IMG/VR virus record: IMGVR_UViG_3300043608_000005
Coordinates: 1-43,039 of that record
Strand: one strand, 5' to 3'
Origin: a virus
Lineage: Duplodnaviria; Caudoviricetes
DNA: 43,039 bases
In this document: positions 1 through 8,425 of the stretch, in pieces
Numbering within the stretch: position 1 is the stretch's first letter
How the letters are laid out: the number at the start of each line of letters is the position of its first letter
The notes under the pieces: generated by a model
Seen by the model: only the letters and a program-made list of their open reading frames with translations
What the model was told of the DNA's origin: nothing
Database searches by the model: none
Program-made: the position numbers and the translations under genes

Positions 1-119
1 TGGCAGATGGCCCCGTGTCTGGCGAGGATATCGCCGCCGCTATCCCCGCACTCGTGGAGTTTGCGCGCGAGCTGCGGCTCGCTGCGCTGCACGCAGCCGA
101 GCTGCGAGAGTCGGTGTGA
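1..119 (+). CDS. 3' part of hypothetical protein spanning the circular junction (starts 42712)
   Basis: Frame ...ADGPVSGEDIAAAIPALVEFARELRLAALHAAELRESV* (TGA 117-119) joins in frame with the ORF from 42712 (terminal G + TG = GTG). Confidence 0.7.
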   Translation, partial: ADGPVSGEDIAAAIPALVEFARELRLAALHAAELRESV

Positions 120-122
120 AAC

Positions 123-320
123 GTGAGCAGAGGTGGCAAACGCAAAGGGGCCGGCCGGAGGCCCCTGCCAGCCTCTGAGAGGCTCGACGCGATCGTTAGG
201 GTCAGACTTACGGACGCGGAAGCCTCGCGCCTCCTGCGGGCTGCAGTGAGCCCGCGGGAGGCGCTCTTGGCTGGGTTGGACGCGCTCACGTCCACGACTC
301 GTGCCACCACTCGACCTTGA
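123..320 (+). CDS. small DNA-binding protein (RGGxRxGAGR motif followed by RHH-like segment)
   Basis: MSRGGKRKGAGRRP...IVRVRLTDAE; basic AT-hook-like N-terminus, then strand-helix pattern. Confidence 0.55.
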   Translation: MSRGGKRKGAGRRPLPASERLDAIVRVRLTDAEASRLLRAAVSPREALLAGLDALTSTTRATTRP

Positions 321-915
321 CCAGTTGGGGGTTGCGCGCGTTCTCGACGCGCCGCACGAGCTCGAGAGCAACGTAGTCAGTCGCGCCCGGCCAGGGACGT
401 TTCGCGGTGTGCGCGATCCTGGTCGGGCGCACTTGCGACCAGAGCCGCGAGCGCTTCGCGCTGTAGAACACGTTGCTCGGGTAGATCGCCACGACCCTGG
501 GAGCGAACTTCAGCGCGTGCAGCGTGAACTCGCCAGCCTGGTCTGCGTGGAACGGGAAGTTTCCGCACACCAGGTCGTAGCGCGTGGCCAAGTACACTGG
601 GTCGATCTTCAGGAAGTCATCGCCGCACCACAATCGATGGCACGCGCTGTCGACCATCAGATCGCACAGCTCCTGCATGTAACGCAGGTCGATTTCCACC
701 GCGTGCACTTCAGCGCCCGCAGCCACGAGCGGCCGAACGATGGCCCCGTTCCCTGCGCTCGGTTCGAGCACGCGATACGGCTGCGAGTACGGCCCGCGGC
801 TCGGGTCTGCGATGCCAGCCCAGTCAACCAACCTCTGCGCCAGCTTCGGCGGCGTAAAGAACTGCGACAAGCTGTGGTCTCGCGTCGTGCCTTCGGTGAG
901 TTCGATCTGGTTCAT
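286..915 (-). CDS. DNA amino-methyltransferase (probably N6-adenine)
   Basis: QFFTP (motif X), VLEPSAGNG (SAM-binding motif I), AVEID, and GNFPF at the NPPY/F position. Confidence 0.8.
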   Translation of the reverse strand: MNQIELTEGTTRDHSLSQFFTPPKLAQRLVDWAGIADPSRGPYSQPYRVLEPSAGNGAIVRPLVAAGAEVHAVEIDLRYMQELCDLMVDSACHRLWCGDDFLKIDPVYLATRYDLVCGNFPFHADQAGEFTLHALKFAPRVVAIYPSNVFYSAKRSRLWSQVRPTRIAHTAKRPWPGATDYVALELVRRVENARNPQLVKVEWWHESWT

Positions 916-1388
916 GGCGCCAGCTCCACACGCACGCCATACGCGCGCTGTTGCTGCTGGTGATACGAAAACGTGTAGCCGCTGCGCATGCCGTCATCGG
1001 CGCGCGCGCTCGAATCGTTCTTGCCCACCAACCACGCGCACACCTGATCGCGGATCGGCTTGAACACGCTCGCCAAGTTGTCCGAGTCGAGCATGCGTGG
1101 AGCCAGCCGCGTGAACTCGATCTTGGTGGGCTTGCCGTCTAGGTGGGCCTCCACGCCCCAGAAAGGGATTGTCCCTAGCCTGACGCACATACGCTTGCGC
1201 AGCTGTTGGCGGCGGCCATGTTCAGCGCGCCAGTTGTTCGAGATGCCGTGCTTCTGACTCTTGAGCTCGAGGCCGACCGTGATCACAACAGCGCGAACCT
1301 CTGGCACGAGTATGCTGCCCTCGGTCGCTACCCAGTGGCACGCGTCGATCTCCAGCGGGACAAACTTCGCTTTCGTCTTCGTGGTCAT
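912..1388 (-). CDS. RusA-like Holliday junction resolvase/endonuclease
   Basis: FTRLAPRMLDSDNLASVFKPIRD matches the RusA DxDN...K...D pattern, with later DD; lies downstream of replication genes. Confidence 0.65.
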   Translation of the reverse strand: MTTKTKAKFVPLEIDACHWVATEGSILVPEVRAVVITVGLELKSQKHGISNNWRAEHGRRQQLRKRMCVRLGTIPFWGVEAHLDGKPTKIEFTRLAPRMLDSDNLASVFKPIRDQVCAWLVGKNDSSARADDGMRSGYTFSYHQQQQRAYGVRVELAP

Positions 1389-1576
1389 TCCTCGGCTCCC
1401 CTCTCTCGCTCGCGCTTGTCAGCGCGGCATCCCAGACACTCCCGCTCCCACGTCTTCGGCTCCAGCCACCGAAACTCATGCGCACGAAACCCGTGGATCG
1501 CGCACAGGTCTATCCGCACAACGGTCTCACCACGCCGGCCAGCGCCGATCAAAAACGATGCGTTGTCGTACTTCAC
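1385..1576 (-). CDS. hypothetical protein (CxxH...CxxC, possible Zn-binding)
   Basis: GTG start overlaps the upstream stop (GTGA); stop overlaps the next ATG. Confidence 0.5.
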   Translation of the reverse strand: MKYDNASFLIGAGRRGETVVRIDLCAIHGFRAHEFRWLEPKTWERECLGCRADKRERERGAEE

Positions 1577-1998
1577 GCGCAGGCCTTCGCCTGCGCTTCG
1601 CGCACGCTGTAGTCGGCTGAGGCTTCGTCGGGCACGCCCCAACACTGTTCGTTGAACGCGCGCAGCACCGCGTGTTCAGCGCGCCCCTTCTGACGCAAGT
1701 ACGCCTCCGCCCAGAGCGTGGCGCGCAGCATGCGCTTGTTCTCGGCTTTCGCGTTCACGCGCGCCATCATTTCGGCGCACCACTGCTCATGCTCGAACTG
1801 CAGTCCGTCAGGGACGCTGCCGGGTGTGCGCATGTCGAGCGCTTTCGCCAGCTCCGCCGATGGCGGATTGACCAGCGGAATGCTGTAGGGGCGCAACTCG
1901 TCTACGCGATGCATCGTGTCGAGCGCGATCGCGAGCAAGTCGTAGCGGCGCAACATCGCGATCAGCGGCGCAGAGTCGTCTGGAATCATCCCGTCCAT
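1573..1998 (-). CDS. hypothetical protein
   Basis: 141-aa ORF overlapping the end of the replication initiator gene. Confidence 0.6.
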   Translation of the reverse strand: MDGMIPDDSAPLIAMLRRYDLLAIALDTMHRVDELRPYSIPLVNPPSAELAKALDMRTPGSVPDGLQFEHEQWCAEMMARVNAKAENKRMLRATLWAEAYLRQKGRAEHAVLRAFNEQCWGVPDEASADYSVREAQAKACA

Positions 1999-2957
1999 GC
2001 GAACCTCGCTTTCGTGTCTTTGAGTTTCTTGTCCGCCTCAGCCCACTTCGCGCGCATCGCTTCGCGATGCTCTGCAGGCGCAGCGCGATAGCGCTCTTGC
2101 GCCTGCGCAAACTCCTCTTTCGCGGCTGCTACCTCCGCCGCTCCTGGCTGCACTGCGGCGGCAGACGCAAAGCCTCCCGGAGGCTTACCGTCGACGTAGT
2201 CTGCCCAGTAGTCCAGGACGTGCTGCGGTTTCAGTTTTTGGCGAATCCCGCTCTTGCCGAGCTGGCTCCGAATCGCCGCCGCCGCCGCTCTCTTCTCGGT
2301 CTCGGGTTTCTGCGCGAGCTGCGTGAACGCGTGTTCCCACTTGCCGCGGTGGTCGAAGTCGTCTCGGTCCAGCACGCTCGCGAGCCACATGCGGCCCGCT
2401 GCGCTCAGGCTGTCCACCGACCGAACATGTGAACTCTCGCCGCCGCCGCCTGGCGTCCCTAAGTTGGTAGAGAGTGCGGCGGCGGCGGGTGCAGGTTGGA
2501 TCTCTTTCTCTTCTTTCTCAGACGGCACGGCTAGGCTAGGCACGGAGTGACGCGGCGTGACGCCGTGTGACTCCGTGTGACAATCCGTCACGTTTTGTGA
2601 CGACGCGTCACGTTTCGTGACAGCGCGTTTCGCTCTTGATTCACGCTGGCGCTGTGCGTCCGACTGAGGGGTCTCGTTGGCTGGGATGTATTCGGGGAAC
2701 ACCAAGCGGTCGTCGTCGACCACGATCCATCCCCGTTTGAGGCACCGAGCCATCCCTACCCGAGCTATCTCCTCGGGTATGTCTTCGTGCACTGCGCCGG
2801 CTTCCCACGGCTCGAGTCCTGCGAGATCGATAACGCCCGAGCGATCAGCCTTGCGGTACAGCAGGGTGAACACCGTACGGCCCTCAAAGCCGAGCAGCTT
2901 CCACCCTGTGGTGTCTCGCGTGTACAGCCGTACATACCGCTCGTTAGCGAAGTCCAT
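1986..2957 (-). CDS. phage replication initiator protein (lambda O-like organisation)
   Basis: N-terminal winged-helix-like region, QRQRESRAKR basic helix, linker with phased DNA repeats; lies downstream of cro. Confidence 0.7.
   Translation of the reverse strand: MDFANERYVRLYTRDTTGWKLLGFEGRTVFTLLYRKADRSGVIDLAGLEPWEAGAVHEDIPEEIARVGMARCLKRGWIVVDDDRLVFPEYIPANETPQSDAQRQRESRAKRAVTKRDASSQNVTDCHTESHGVTPRHSVPSLAVPSEKEEKEIQPAPAAAALSTNLGTPGGGGESSHVRSVDSLSAAGRMWLASVLDRDDFDHRGKWEHAFTQLAQKPETEKRAAAAAIRSQLGKSGIRQKLKPQHVLDYWADYVDGKPPGGFASAAAVQPGAAEVAAAKEEFAQAQERYRAAPAEHREAMRAKWAEADKKLKDTKARFAWTG
2547..2621. repeat. iteron-like array / putative replication origin
   Basis: Eight GTGAC/GTCAC pentamers starting at 2547, 2557, 2567, 2577, 2587, 2597, 2607 and 2617 (exact 10-bp phasing), inside the initiator gene. 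Confidence 0.7.
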
Positions 2958-2961
2958 AGGG

Positions 2962-3147
2962 CTAAGCCTCAGTCGAGGTGTGCCGCTGACGGCTGCGGAG
3001 CTTGCGCGCGCGCTTCGCCGCTTCCTGTCGCGCCACGATCAGCTCGAGCGCGTGCACCTGGCGCGCGAGCTCGCGGCGCTCGTCAGCGAGCACGCACACC
3101 ATCTCCTCGAGATCGGAGATGCGCTGAGAGTCGGTACGCGCTTCCAT
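2962..3147 (-). CDS. small coiled-coil hypothetical protein
   Basis: GAGG RBS upstream; heptad-like 61-aa ORF. Confidence 0.6.
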   Translation of the reverse strand: MEARTDSQRISDLEEMVCVLADERRELARQVHALELIVARQEAAKRARKLRSRQRHTSTEA

Positions 3148-3171
3148 GGGGTTACCTCATTGCGAAATAGG

Positions 3172-3229
3172 GAGGCTGACTGCGGCCGGGCCCAACGGGG
3201 GGCGATGGGTCGGCCGACAGTCAACCTCG
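3172..3229 (-). terminator. long stem-loop downstream of cro (terminator/attenuator candidate)
   Basis: On the minus strand GAGGTTGACTG pairs with CAGTCAGCCTC, with inner CGGCCG and CCCA/TGGG pairs; weak T-tract follows. Confidence 0.4.
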
Positions 3230-3404
3230 GGCTGCACGCGTCATGACGACGTGAGCCCGAGCAGAGCGGCGAAGGTAGGCCCATGCCCAAAACCAACCCT
3301 CGCGGCCCTGCTCCGGATCACGTGCGGCGCACCGCGTCGCTGTGATAGCGACCAGTTGCATTTGGCTATATCGTGTATACGAATGTGCGAATGGTGTTTA
3401 CGCA

Positions 3405-3650
3405 TTACGCTGCCTTGGCCCGCACTACGCGGCGCTTGCGTGGCTCTGGCTCTGGCCACGCGCTCGCTGCGATGCCAGTCGCTTCCTGGATCGCCAGCGC
3501 CAGCCGCATCGACCCTGGCACCTTCAAACCGCGCTCGATCAGCGACAGCCACGCGTCCGAGCATCCCAGCTGCTCCGCCACCTGCGCGAGCGTCAGCCGC
3601 GCCTCCGCTCGCCACGCCCGCAGGCGCTCGCTTGCCTGTTCTCTACCCAT
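3405..3650 (-). CDS. Cro-like XRE-family HTH regulator
   Basis: RLRAWRAEARLTLAQVAEQLGCSDAWLSLIERG is a typical HTH_XRE; divergent from the repressor; ATG at 3650. Confidence 0.85.
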   Translation of the reverse strand: MGREQASERLRAWRAEARLTLAQVAEQLGCSDAWLSLIERGLKVPGSMRLALAIQEATGIAASAWPEPEPRKRRVVRAKAA

Positions 3651-3721
3651 GCACCATTTATAAGAGTAAATTAGTGGACGTCCAGCAAAATAAACTCGAG
3701 ACGCGCGAAAATCCCAAACCG
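3651..3721. promoter_or_regulatory. immunity switch region with operator TTTATAAGAGTAAA (3657-3670)
   Basis: AT-rich gap between divergent HTH genes; TTTA-N6-TAAA dyad recurs at 4641 and 41325. Confidence 0.65.
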
Positions 3722-4183
3722 ATGGGCCGAACGCGCAAAGACACCCCGAGCCGTGAGCTGGTACGGCTCTCGTGGCTGATTCAGCAGCTCGACGATCTCG
3801 GGATGGGTCAGGCAGCCATAGCCGAAATGACCGGTGTGAAAAGCTCCTACCTAAATCAGCTGAGGCATTACGACAGGTATCGTAAGACGGGGTTCGGAAC
3901 TGACACACTCCGACAAATCATGAGCGGCCTCGGACTCAGCCCCAGCTACTTCTTTGACGACTACCCAGACCAGCAGGACCATCGCCTGCACCTGCTGAGC
4001 GCCAAGAGGGACGAGAAGCGGGTAGCGGCTATCGAGCAGGCTCTACAGACCAGCGAGCGCGAGCGCGCCGCACAGGCCGTGGAGCTGGCCCACATGAAGG
4101 CCGACCTGGCCGCGGTGCGCGCTGACCTGCGCCAGGTCGTCGAAGCGCTGAAGGGCGGCCCGCGTAAGCGCACGGCGCGCTAG
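3722..4183 (+). CDS. CI-like repressor (HTH plus C-terminal coiled coil)
   Basis: MGQAAIAEMTGVKSSYLNQL...LGLSPSYFF HTH; no S24 peptidase domain visible; the longer 3146 start overlaps cro and is rejected. Confidence 0.75.
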   Translation: MGRTRKDTPSRELVRLSWLIQQLDDLGMGQAAIAEMTGVKSSYLNQLRHYDRYRKTGFGTDTLRQIMSGLGLSPSYFFDDYPDQQDHRLHLLSAKRDEKRVAAIEQALQTSERERAAQAVELAHMKADLAAVRADLRQVVEALKGGPRKRTAR

Positions 4184-4569
4184 CGCGCTTCGATCGTGAC
4201 CGCGTAGGTGCTGCGGCAGTACGGCATTCCGTAGCGCTCGACCATGTAGGTTGCCTCGCCGCTCCACGTTCCATCCGCGCCGTCGAGCCAGCTCCGACGC
4301 AGGAACGAGTAGCCGGCAGGGCTCTCTGCGCACTCGTAGCGGGTGGTCACGAAACACTCCGCCATCTCGCGCGTGACCGTACACTCGGGGGGCACAGGCT
4401 CGCCGCTGCGCTGCACAGATGGCAGCATCGCCCCACAGTCGCCGCTGAGCTCGGCTAGGTGCGCCACATACGTGTCAGGAAACGGGCAGTCGCCTAACAC
4501 CGCACCCTCGCCGCTCGCACAGCCCGCAAGCACCAACACGCAAACGCGCCAACCATGTCGGGTCGACAT
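4180..4569 (-). CDS. Cys-rich lipoprotein (possible superinfection exclusion)
   Basis: Signal peptide with lipobox LAGC; six further Cys; sits in the immunity region. Confidence 0.65.
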   Translation of the reverse strand: MSTRHGWRVCVLVLAGCASGEGAVLGDCPFPDTYVAHLAELSGDCGAMLPSVQRSGEPVPPECTVTREMAECFVTTRYECAESPAGYSFLRRSWLDGADGTWSGEATYMVERYGMPYCRSTYAVTIEAR

Positions 4570-4590
4570 GCCGCCGAGCGTACGACGCCA

Positions 4591-4660
4591 GGTTTATTTT
4601 TGTCGATTCGTTTACTTTTATGGTTGCGCTCCCCATAAGATTTATTAGAGTAAGCATCAG
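4591..4660 (+). promoter_or_regulatory. early rightward promoter with operators
   Basis: TTGCGC(4624)-N16-TAGAGT; operator-like TTTATTAGAGTAAG (4641-4654) and TTTACTTTTATGGT (4611-4624); GGAGG RBS before ATG 4677. Confidence 0.55.
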
Positions 4661-4676
4661 CAAGGGAGGCGGAACG

Positions 4677-4970
4677 ATGGCGCTCAACGCATGGAATGCA
4701 CCGGCCAACGAAGGCGATTCTGCGTATCTGCACGAGCTGCAGGGCCCTGAGCCCGCGAACGACGTGCTGCGGCTCAAGCACCCGCGCTACATGCTGCACG
4801 TCTGGTACGACCGTTGGCTGCGGCTGACGACGGCGCGGCTGCAGGTGATGACGGTGCCGCGCGAGGGCTGGCGCGTGCTCGACGAGCACGTGATTGCGGG
4901 CGACGACGCGCCGGCAGCGGTGGCCGGTATGCGGGCGGCTCGGCGCGCTGCGCGGGGGTTGTTCTCGTGA
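4677..4970 (+). CDS. hypothetical protein
   Basis: GGAGG RBS; first gene of an overlapping chain. Confidence 0.65.
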   Translation: MALNAWNAPANEGDSAYLHELQGPEPANDVLRLKHPRYMLHVWYDRWLRLTTARLQVMTVPREGWRVLDEHVIAGDDAPAAVAGMRAARRAARGLFS

Positions 4971-5272
4971 ACGAGCTACTCCATGGGCGCGCGCGCAACC
5001 GCGCGATCAAAGCTGTCGTGCGGAGGCACGAGCCGAAGCTCTGGCCGAGCCTGATTCGCGTCCGAATCGGCAAGGGGACCGCGAGGCGCTGGGCGCACAT
5101 TGAGATCGTGTCCTGGACGGCTGCAGTCGATGGCTGGAAGACCGGACTCACGGCCGAGCAGAAGCAGGCGATCACCGACGAGCTCGTGCGCGAGCGGCTG
5201 ATCGGCCAGTACCCCGACGACATGACCGACGCGATGTACCCGTGTGTGTCGTTCCGGGAGCCGCGGCCATGA
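4967..5272 (+). CDS. hypothetical protein
   Basis: GTGA and ATGA overlaps with its neighbours. Confidence 0.6.
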   Translation: MNELLHGRARNRAIKAVVRRHEPKLWPSLIRVRIGKGTARRWAHIEIVSWTAAVDGWKTGLTAEQKQAITDELVRERLIGQYPDDMTDAMYPCVSFREPRP

Positions 5273-5655
5273 AGCGCACTGTCAGCCTTAACTCGTTACT
5301 GAACAACGGGCAGTTCGCGGTGCGCGCGCCAGCGCCGACGCCCGATTCCGAACTCGAAAACGTTTTGCGCGCCAGCGTTGCGCGCGAGGAGAACCGCAAG
5401 ATGGCACACGAAGACCTGTACGAGGCGATCGAGAAGCGCCGCTCTGAGCTGCTGGAGGACCTCGCGCGCGCGCGCAACACGCGCGACGAAATCAACACCA
5501 CCATCAAGCGCTGCCAGGACGCGCTCGACAACCTGCCCGTGCCGCGCATGCGGCGCAAGTCGCCGGGGCGCAAGCTCGCTGACGCCGTCGTTACAGAAAT
5601 TCCGTTCGAGGCCACCATTGCCGGCGAGATGGCGGCAAAAGAGGCCGCGCGATGA
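5269..5655 (+). CDS. coiled-coil hypothetical protein
   Basis: ATGA overlaps at both ends. Confidence 0.65.
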   Translation: MKRTVSLNSLLNNGQFAVRAPAPTPDSELENVLRASVAREENRKMAHEDLYEAIEKRRSELLEDLARARNTRDEINTTIKRCQDALDNLPVPRMRRKSPGRKLADAVVTEIPFEATIAGEMAAKEAAR

Positions 5656-5906
5656 GCGACGAAAATACGGCGCGGGCCGTGCTCCACAAGATGCCGCCCG
5701 AGGTCTGCACCGTCGAAGACGTGCGCAAGTACGTCGAGGCGATCAAAGCCATCATGGACGATGACGAGACGGCACACGCAAGCGAGGACATGCTGCGCGC
5801 GGCTGTGCTGACGGCGATCGCCAATGGCAACGCCGTTAGCGCCCCCGAGTTGTGCGCGGAAGCGCTCAAGACAGATGACATCCAGTTCGCGAGGTGGTGC
5901 GCATGA
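5652..5906 (+). CDS. hypothetical protein
   Basis: 84 aa, ATGA overlaps, DDETAHASED motif. Confidence 0.65.
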   Translation: MSDENTARAVLHKMPPEVCTVEDVRKYVEAIKAIMDDDETAHASEDMLRAAVLTAIANGNAVSAPELCAEALKTDDIQFARWCA

Positions 5907-6865
5907 GCACAGCAATTGTAGCGGTGGTGGAGCAGCAGCACGCGCTCGCGCCAGTGATTCCAGAGAGCAAGTACGCGCTCTTGCGCGACACGCTGTGCAA
6001 GGGCGCGACAGACGATGAGTTCGACCTGTTCAAGCTCATCTGCAACCGGCTGCGGCTGGACCCGTTCGCGAAGCAGATCTACGCGGTGAAGCGCTACGAC
6101 TCGACGCTGCGCCGCGAGGTGATGGCCGCGCAGGTCTCGATCGATGGCATGCGCCTCAACGCAGAGCGCACGGGTAAGTACGGCGGCACCAAGGACCCGG
6201 AGTGGTGTGGCGAGGACGGCGTTTGGCATGACGTCTGGCTCTCCGAGAAGCCGCCCGCAGCTGCGCGTGTGCGCGTTGTGCGGCGCGACTTCATGGAGCC
6301 CGTGGGCGCGATCGCGCTCTACCGCGAGTACGTCCAGAAGACGCGTGAGGGCAACCCCACGAAGTTCTGGCGTGACATGCCGGCCGGACAGCTCGCGAAG
6401 TGCGCGGAGTCTCTGGCTCTGCGCAAGGCGTTCCCAAACGAGATGAGCGGCGTCTACTCCGACGTTGAGATGGGTCAGGCCGACAACGACCGTCCACAGG
6501 TCGGTCCCGTAACCGCGCGCATGCGGGAGTCGAAGCCGGTCGGCCCGGTGTTCTCGCCTGGCTGGCCTGACAAAGCGTGGGCCGGCAAGCTGCTGACCGA
6601 CGCGCCCAGCAACGTGCTGTGTGACTACATCGCGTTCGTCGAGGCCGTGATCGCCGACCCGAAGCGCGAGAAGTCGCGCGAAGGCGCCATCAAGTCACGC
6701 GACGCTGCGCAAGCAGTGCTCCACGAGCGCATGGAAGCAGAGGGAGACAAGCTGCGCCCGCAGCCGAGCGACCCGATCGCCGAAGGCATGCAAGCCGCAC
6801 ACGACGCCGCGCACGCTGCGCCGACCGAGGACACCAACAGCCAGTGGGGCCTGACCCCCGAATGA
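5903..6865 (+). CDS. bet: Bet/RecT-like ssDNA-annealing recombinase
   Basis: ATDDEFDLF...LDPFAKQIYAVK...SIDGMR...WRDMPAGQLAKCAESLALRKAFP, diagnostic of phage Bet proteins. Confidence 0.9.
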   Translation: MSTAIVAVVEQQHALAPVIPESKYALLRDTLCKGATDDEFDLFKLICNRLRLDPFAKQIYAVKRYDSTLRREVMAAQVSIDGMRLNAERTGKYGGTKDPEWCGEDGVWHDVWLSEKPPAAARVRVVRRDFMEPVGAIALYREYVQKTREGNPTKFWRDMPAGQLAKCAESLALRKAFPNEMSGVYSDVEMGQADNDRPQVGPVTARMRESKPVGPVFSPGWPDKAWAGKLLTDAPSNVLCDYIAFVEAVIADPKREKSREGAIKSRDAAQAVLHERMEAEGDKLRPQPSDPIAEGMQAAHDAAHAAPTEDTNSQWGLTPE

Positions 6866-7155
6866 AAGAGAGCGCGAACATGGAAGAGCGACACGTTTTG
6901 ATCACGACGCAGTACCGCGGAGTCTACTTCGGGACGTTGGTGGAGCACGACCAGAAGGAACGAACGTGCGTCCTGAAAGACGCGCGGATGTGTCTCTACT
7001 GGGACGCAGACACGAATGGTGTCGACGGGCTCGCATCGCGTGGGCCGAACTCGCGGTGCAAGGTTGGATCGCCTGCGCCGAAGATCTGGCTCCCTGGTCT
7101 GACCTCCCTCGTCGACTGCACGCCCGCAGCTGTGAAGGCGTGGAGGGATCGGTGA
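6862..7155 (+). CDS. conserved phage protein (DUF6948-like)
   Basis: VLITTQYRGVYFGTL...VLKDARMCLYW...GLASRGP; recalled as a family often next to Gly-rich repeat ORFs; start may be 6880. Confidence 0.65.
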   Translation: MKESANMEERHVLITTQYRGVYFGTLVEHDQKERTCVLKDARMCLYWDADTNGVDGLASRGPNSRCKVGSPAPKIWLPGLTSLVDCTPAAVKAWRDR

Positions 7156-7595
7156 GCTTCCCGAAAGACTCCTGGCTAACCGTCGACGCCGTGTGCCATG
7201 TCGGCGCATGCGTCGACGGTGCCAGGAAGTGGCGCGCACGACGCGCCCCAAGGGCGACCGCGCTGCCCGTCGATGAAGCGCTGTCGCTTGCACGCTCGGA
7301 CGACGAGCGATCTCTGATCGCGCAGGCGTCCGAGCGCTCCGGCTCCGGCTCCGGCTCCGGCTACGGCTACGGCGACGGCTACGGCTACGGCTACGGCTAC
7401 GGCGACGGCTACGGCGACGGCTACGGCTACGGCTACGGCGACGGCTACGGCTACGGCTACGGCTACGGCTACGGCGACGGCTACGGCGACGGCTCCGGCT
7501 CCGGCTCCGGCTCCGGCTACGGCGACGGCTCCGGCGGATCTCAGCCAGCAGAAGACGAGGGAGGAGGCGACGATGACGACGACGACGACGAATAG
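7152..7595 (+). CDS. Gly-Tyr/Asp/Ser low-complexity repeat protein with acidic tail
   Basis: GACVDG motif, then ~65 aa of (GY/GD/GS)n, ending GDDDDDDDE; GTGA overlap. Confidence 0.7.
   Translation: MSFPKDSWLTVDAVCHVGACVDGARKWRARRAPRATALPVDEALSLARSDDERSLIAQASERSGSGSGSGYGYGDGYGYGYGYGDGYGDGYGYGYGDGYGYGYGYGYGDGYGDGSGSGSGSGYGDGSGGSQPAEDEGGGDDDDDDDE
7337..7535 (+). repeat. hexanucleotide tandem repeat (GGCTAC/GGCGAC/GGCTCC)n
   Basis: About 33 consecutive GGCNNC units read directly. Confidence 0.95.
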
Positions 7596-8097
7596 CGCCG
7601 CTACGAGCGGCACCCCCAAGCAGCGCCTGTTCGACATCGTGGCGGCGCTGATCGAGAACATCAACGAGAACAACGGCGAGGTCACCGACGAGCTCAACGC
7701 GCTTGAGCTCGACCTCGAGATGAAGGTGGAGGCGTACCACATCGTGATCCGCGAGAAGCGGGCGCGGGCGAAAGCACGCAAGGAAGCGGCCCAGCACTTC
7801 GCCCAGGCGGCGGCAGTCGACGACCGCGGCGCAGACGCGCTCGAGGAACGGCTGGCCGCTGCGATGCTCGAACTCGGGCGCGAGCGCATCGAGACGCCGA
7901 CGTGCACCGCGAGCTTCGGGAAGTCGCAGCACGTGGAGATCGAAGACGAAGGTCAGTTCTTGATGTCTGCGGAAGATCGCTTCATCCGACGCAGCATGGA
8001 CATCATCAACAAGGCTGAGATCGCCAGGGCGCTGAAGGCCGGTGAGACGGTCGAAGGCGCGAAGCTGGTCGAGACCAAACATCTGAGGCTGCGGTGA
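7573..8097 (+). CDS. Siphovirus Gp157-like protein
   Basis: LFDI...GEVTDEL...KVEAY...NKAEIARALKAGETVEGAKLVETKHLRLR C-terminal signature. Confidence 0.75.
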   Translation: MTTTTTNSAATSGTPKQRLFDIVAALIENINENNGEVTDELNALELDLEMKVEAYHIVIREKRARAKARKEAAQHFAQAAAVDDRGADALEERLAAAMLELGRERIETPTCTASFGKSQHVEIEDEGQFLMSAEDRFIRRSMDIINKAEIARALKAGETVEGAKLVETKHLRLR

Positions 8098-8345
8098 CGG
8101 TCGAAGACCTGACAGAGCGCGTGGCGCAGCTGGAGGAACGGCTGCGCCAGGCCGAGACGTGGATCGATACGCAGCGCTCCGTGATCGAGATGCTGACCAA
8201 ACACTGCGGCGAGCTGAGCACCAACGTGGGCCGCGTTTGCGAAGTCATAGGGGAACGCGCCGTCCGCGACAACGCGCGGTGGAGGATGCTCAACGAGTTG
8301 TTCCGCGGAGTGCTCGACGACCTCGACGCGGAGCGCGCTCCATGA
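8094..8345 (+). CDS. coiled-coil hypothetical protein
   Basis: Overlapping start and stop chain. Confidence 0.6.
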   Translation: MTVEDLTERVAQLEERLRQAETWIDTQRSVIEMLTKHCGELSTNVGRVCEVIGERAVRDNARWRMLNELFRGVLDDLDAERAP

Positions 8346-8416
8346 CCGTCAACGTCTACATGGTCTTCTGGCTCGCGATCGCGAGCTGGGTAACGGTCGC
8401 TGTTTATTCGCACTAG
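8342..8416 (+). CDS. 24-aa single-TM peptide
   Basis: MTVNVYMVFWLAIASWVTVAVYSH*, ATGA overlap, GGAG upstream. Confidence 0.45.
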   Translation: MTVNVYMVFWLAIASWVTVAVYSH

Positions 8417-8425
8417 GAGGGGAGC

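Noticed and set aside
3241-3405. CII-like gene after cro (TAATG-coupled 54-aa ORF)
   Set aside because: No recognisable HTH and atypical composition; cannot be supported
3146-3721. N-terminal extension of the repressor (345-aa ORF)
   Set aside because: Overlaps cro on the opposite strand and the operator region; ATG 3722 gives a normal repressor
7337-7535. CRISPR array or DGR template/variable repeat
   Set aside because: Simple hexamer repeat without spacers; no cas or reverse transcriptase gene anywhere in the window
6625-8082. 485-aa Arg/Ser-repeat ORF and 243-aa Ala/Val-repeat ORF on the minus strand
   Set aside because: Antisense shadows of the GGCNNC repeat and of well-supported plus-strand genes
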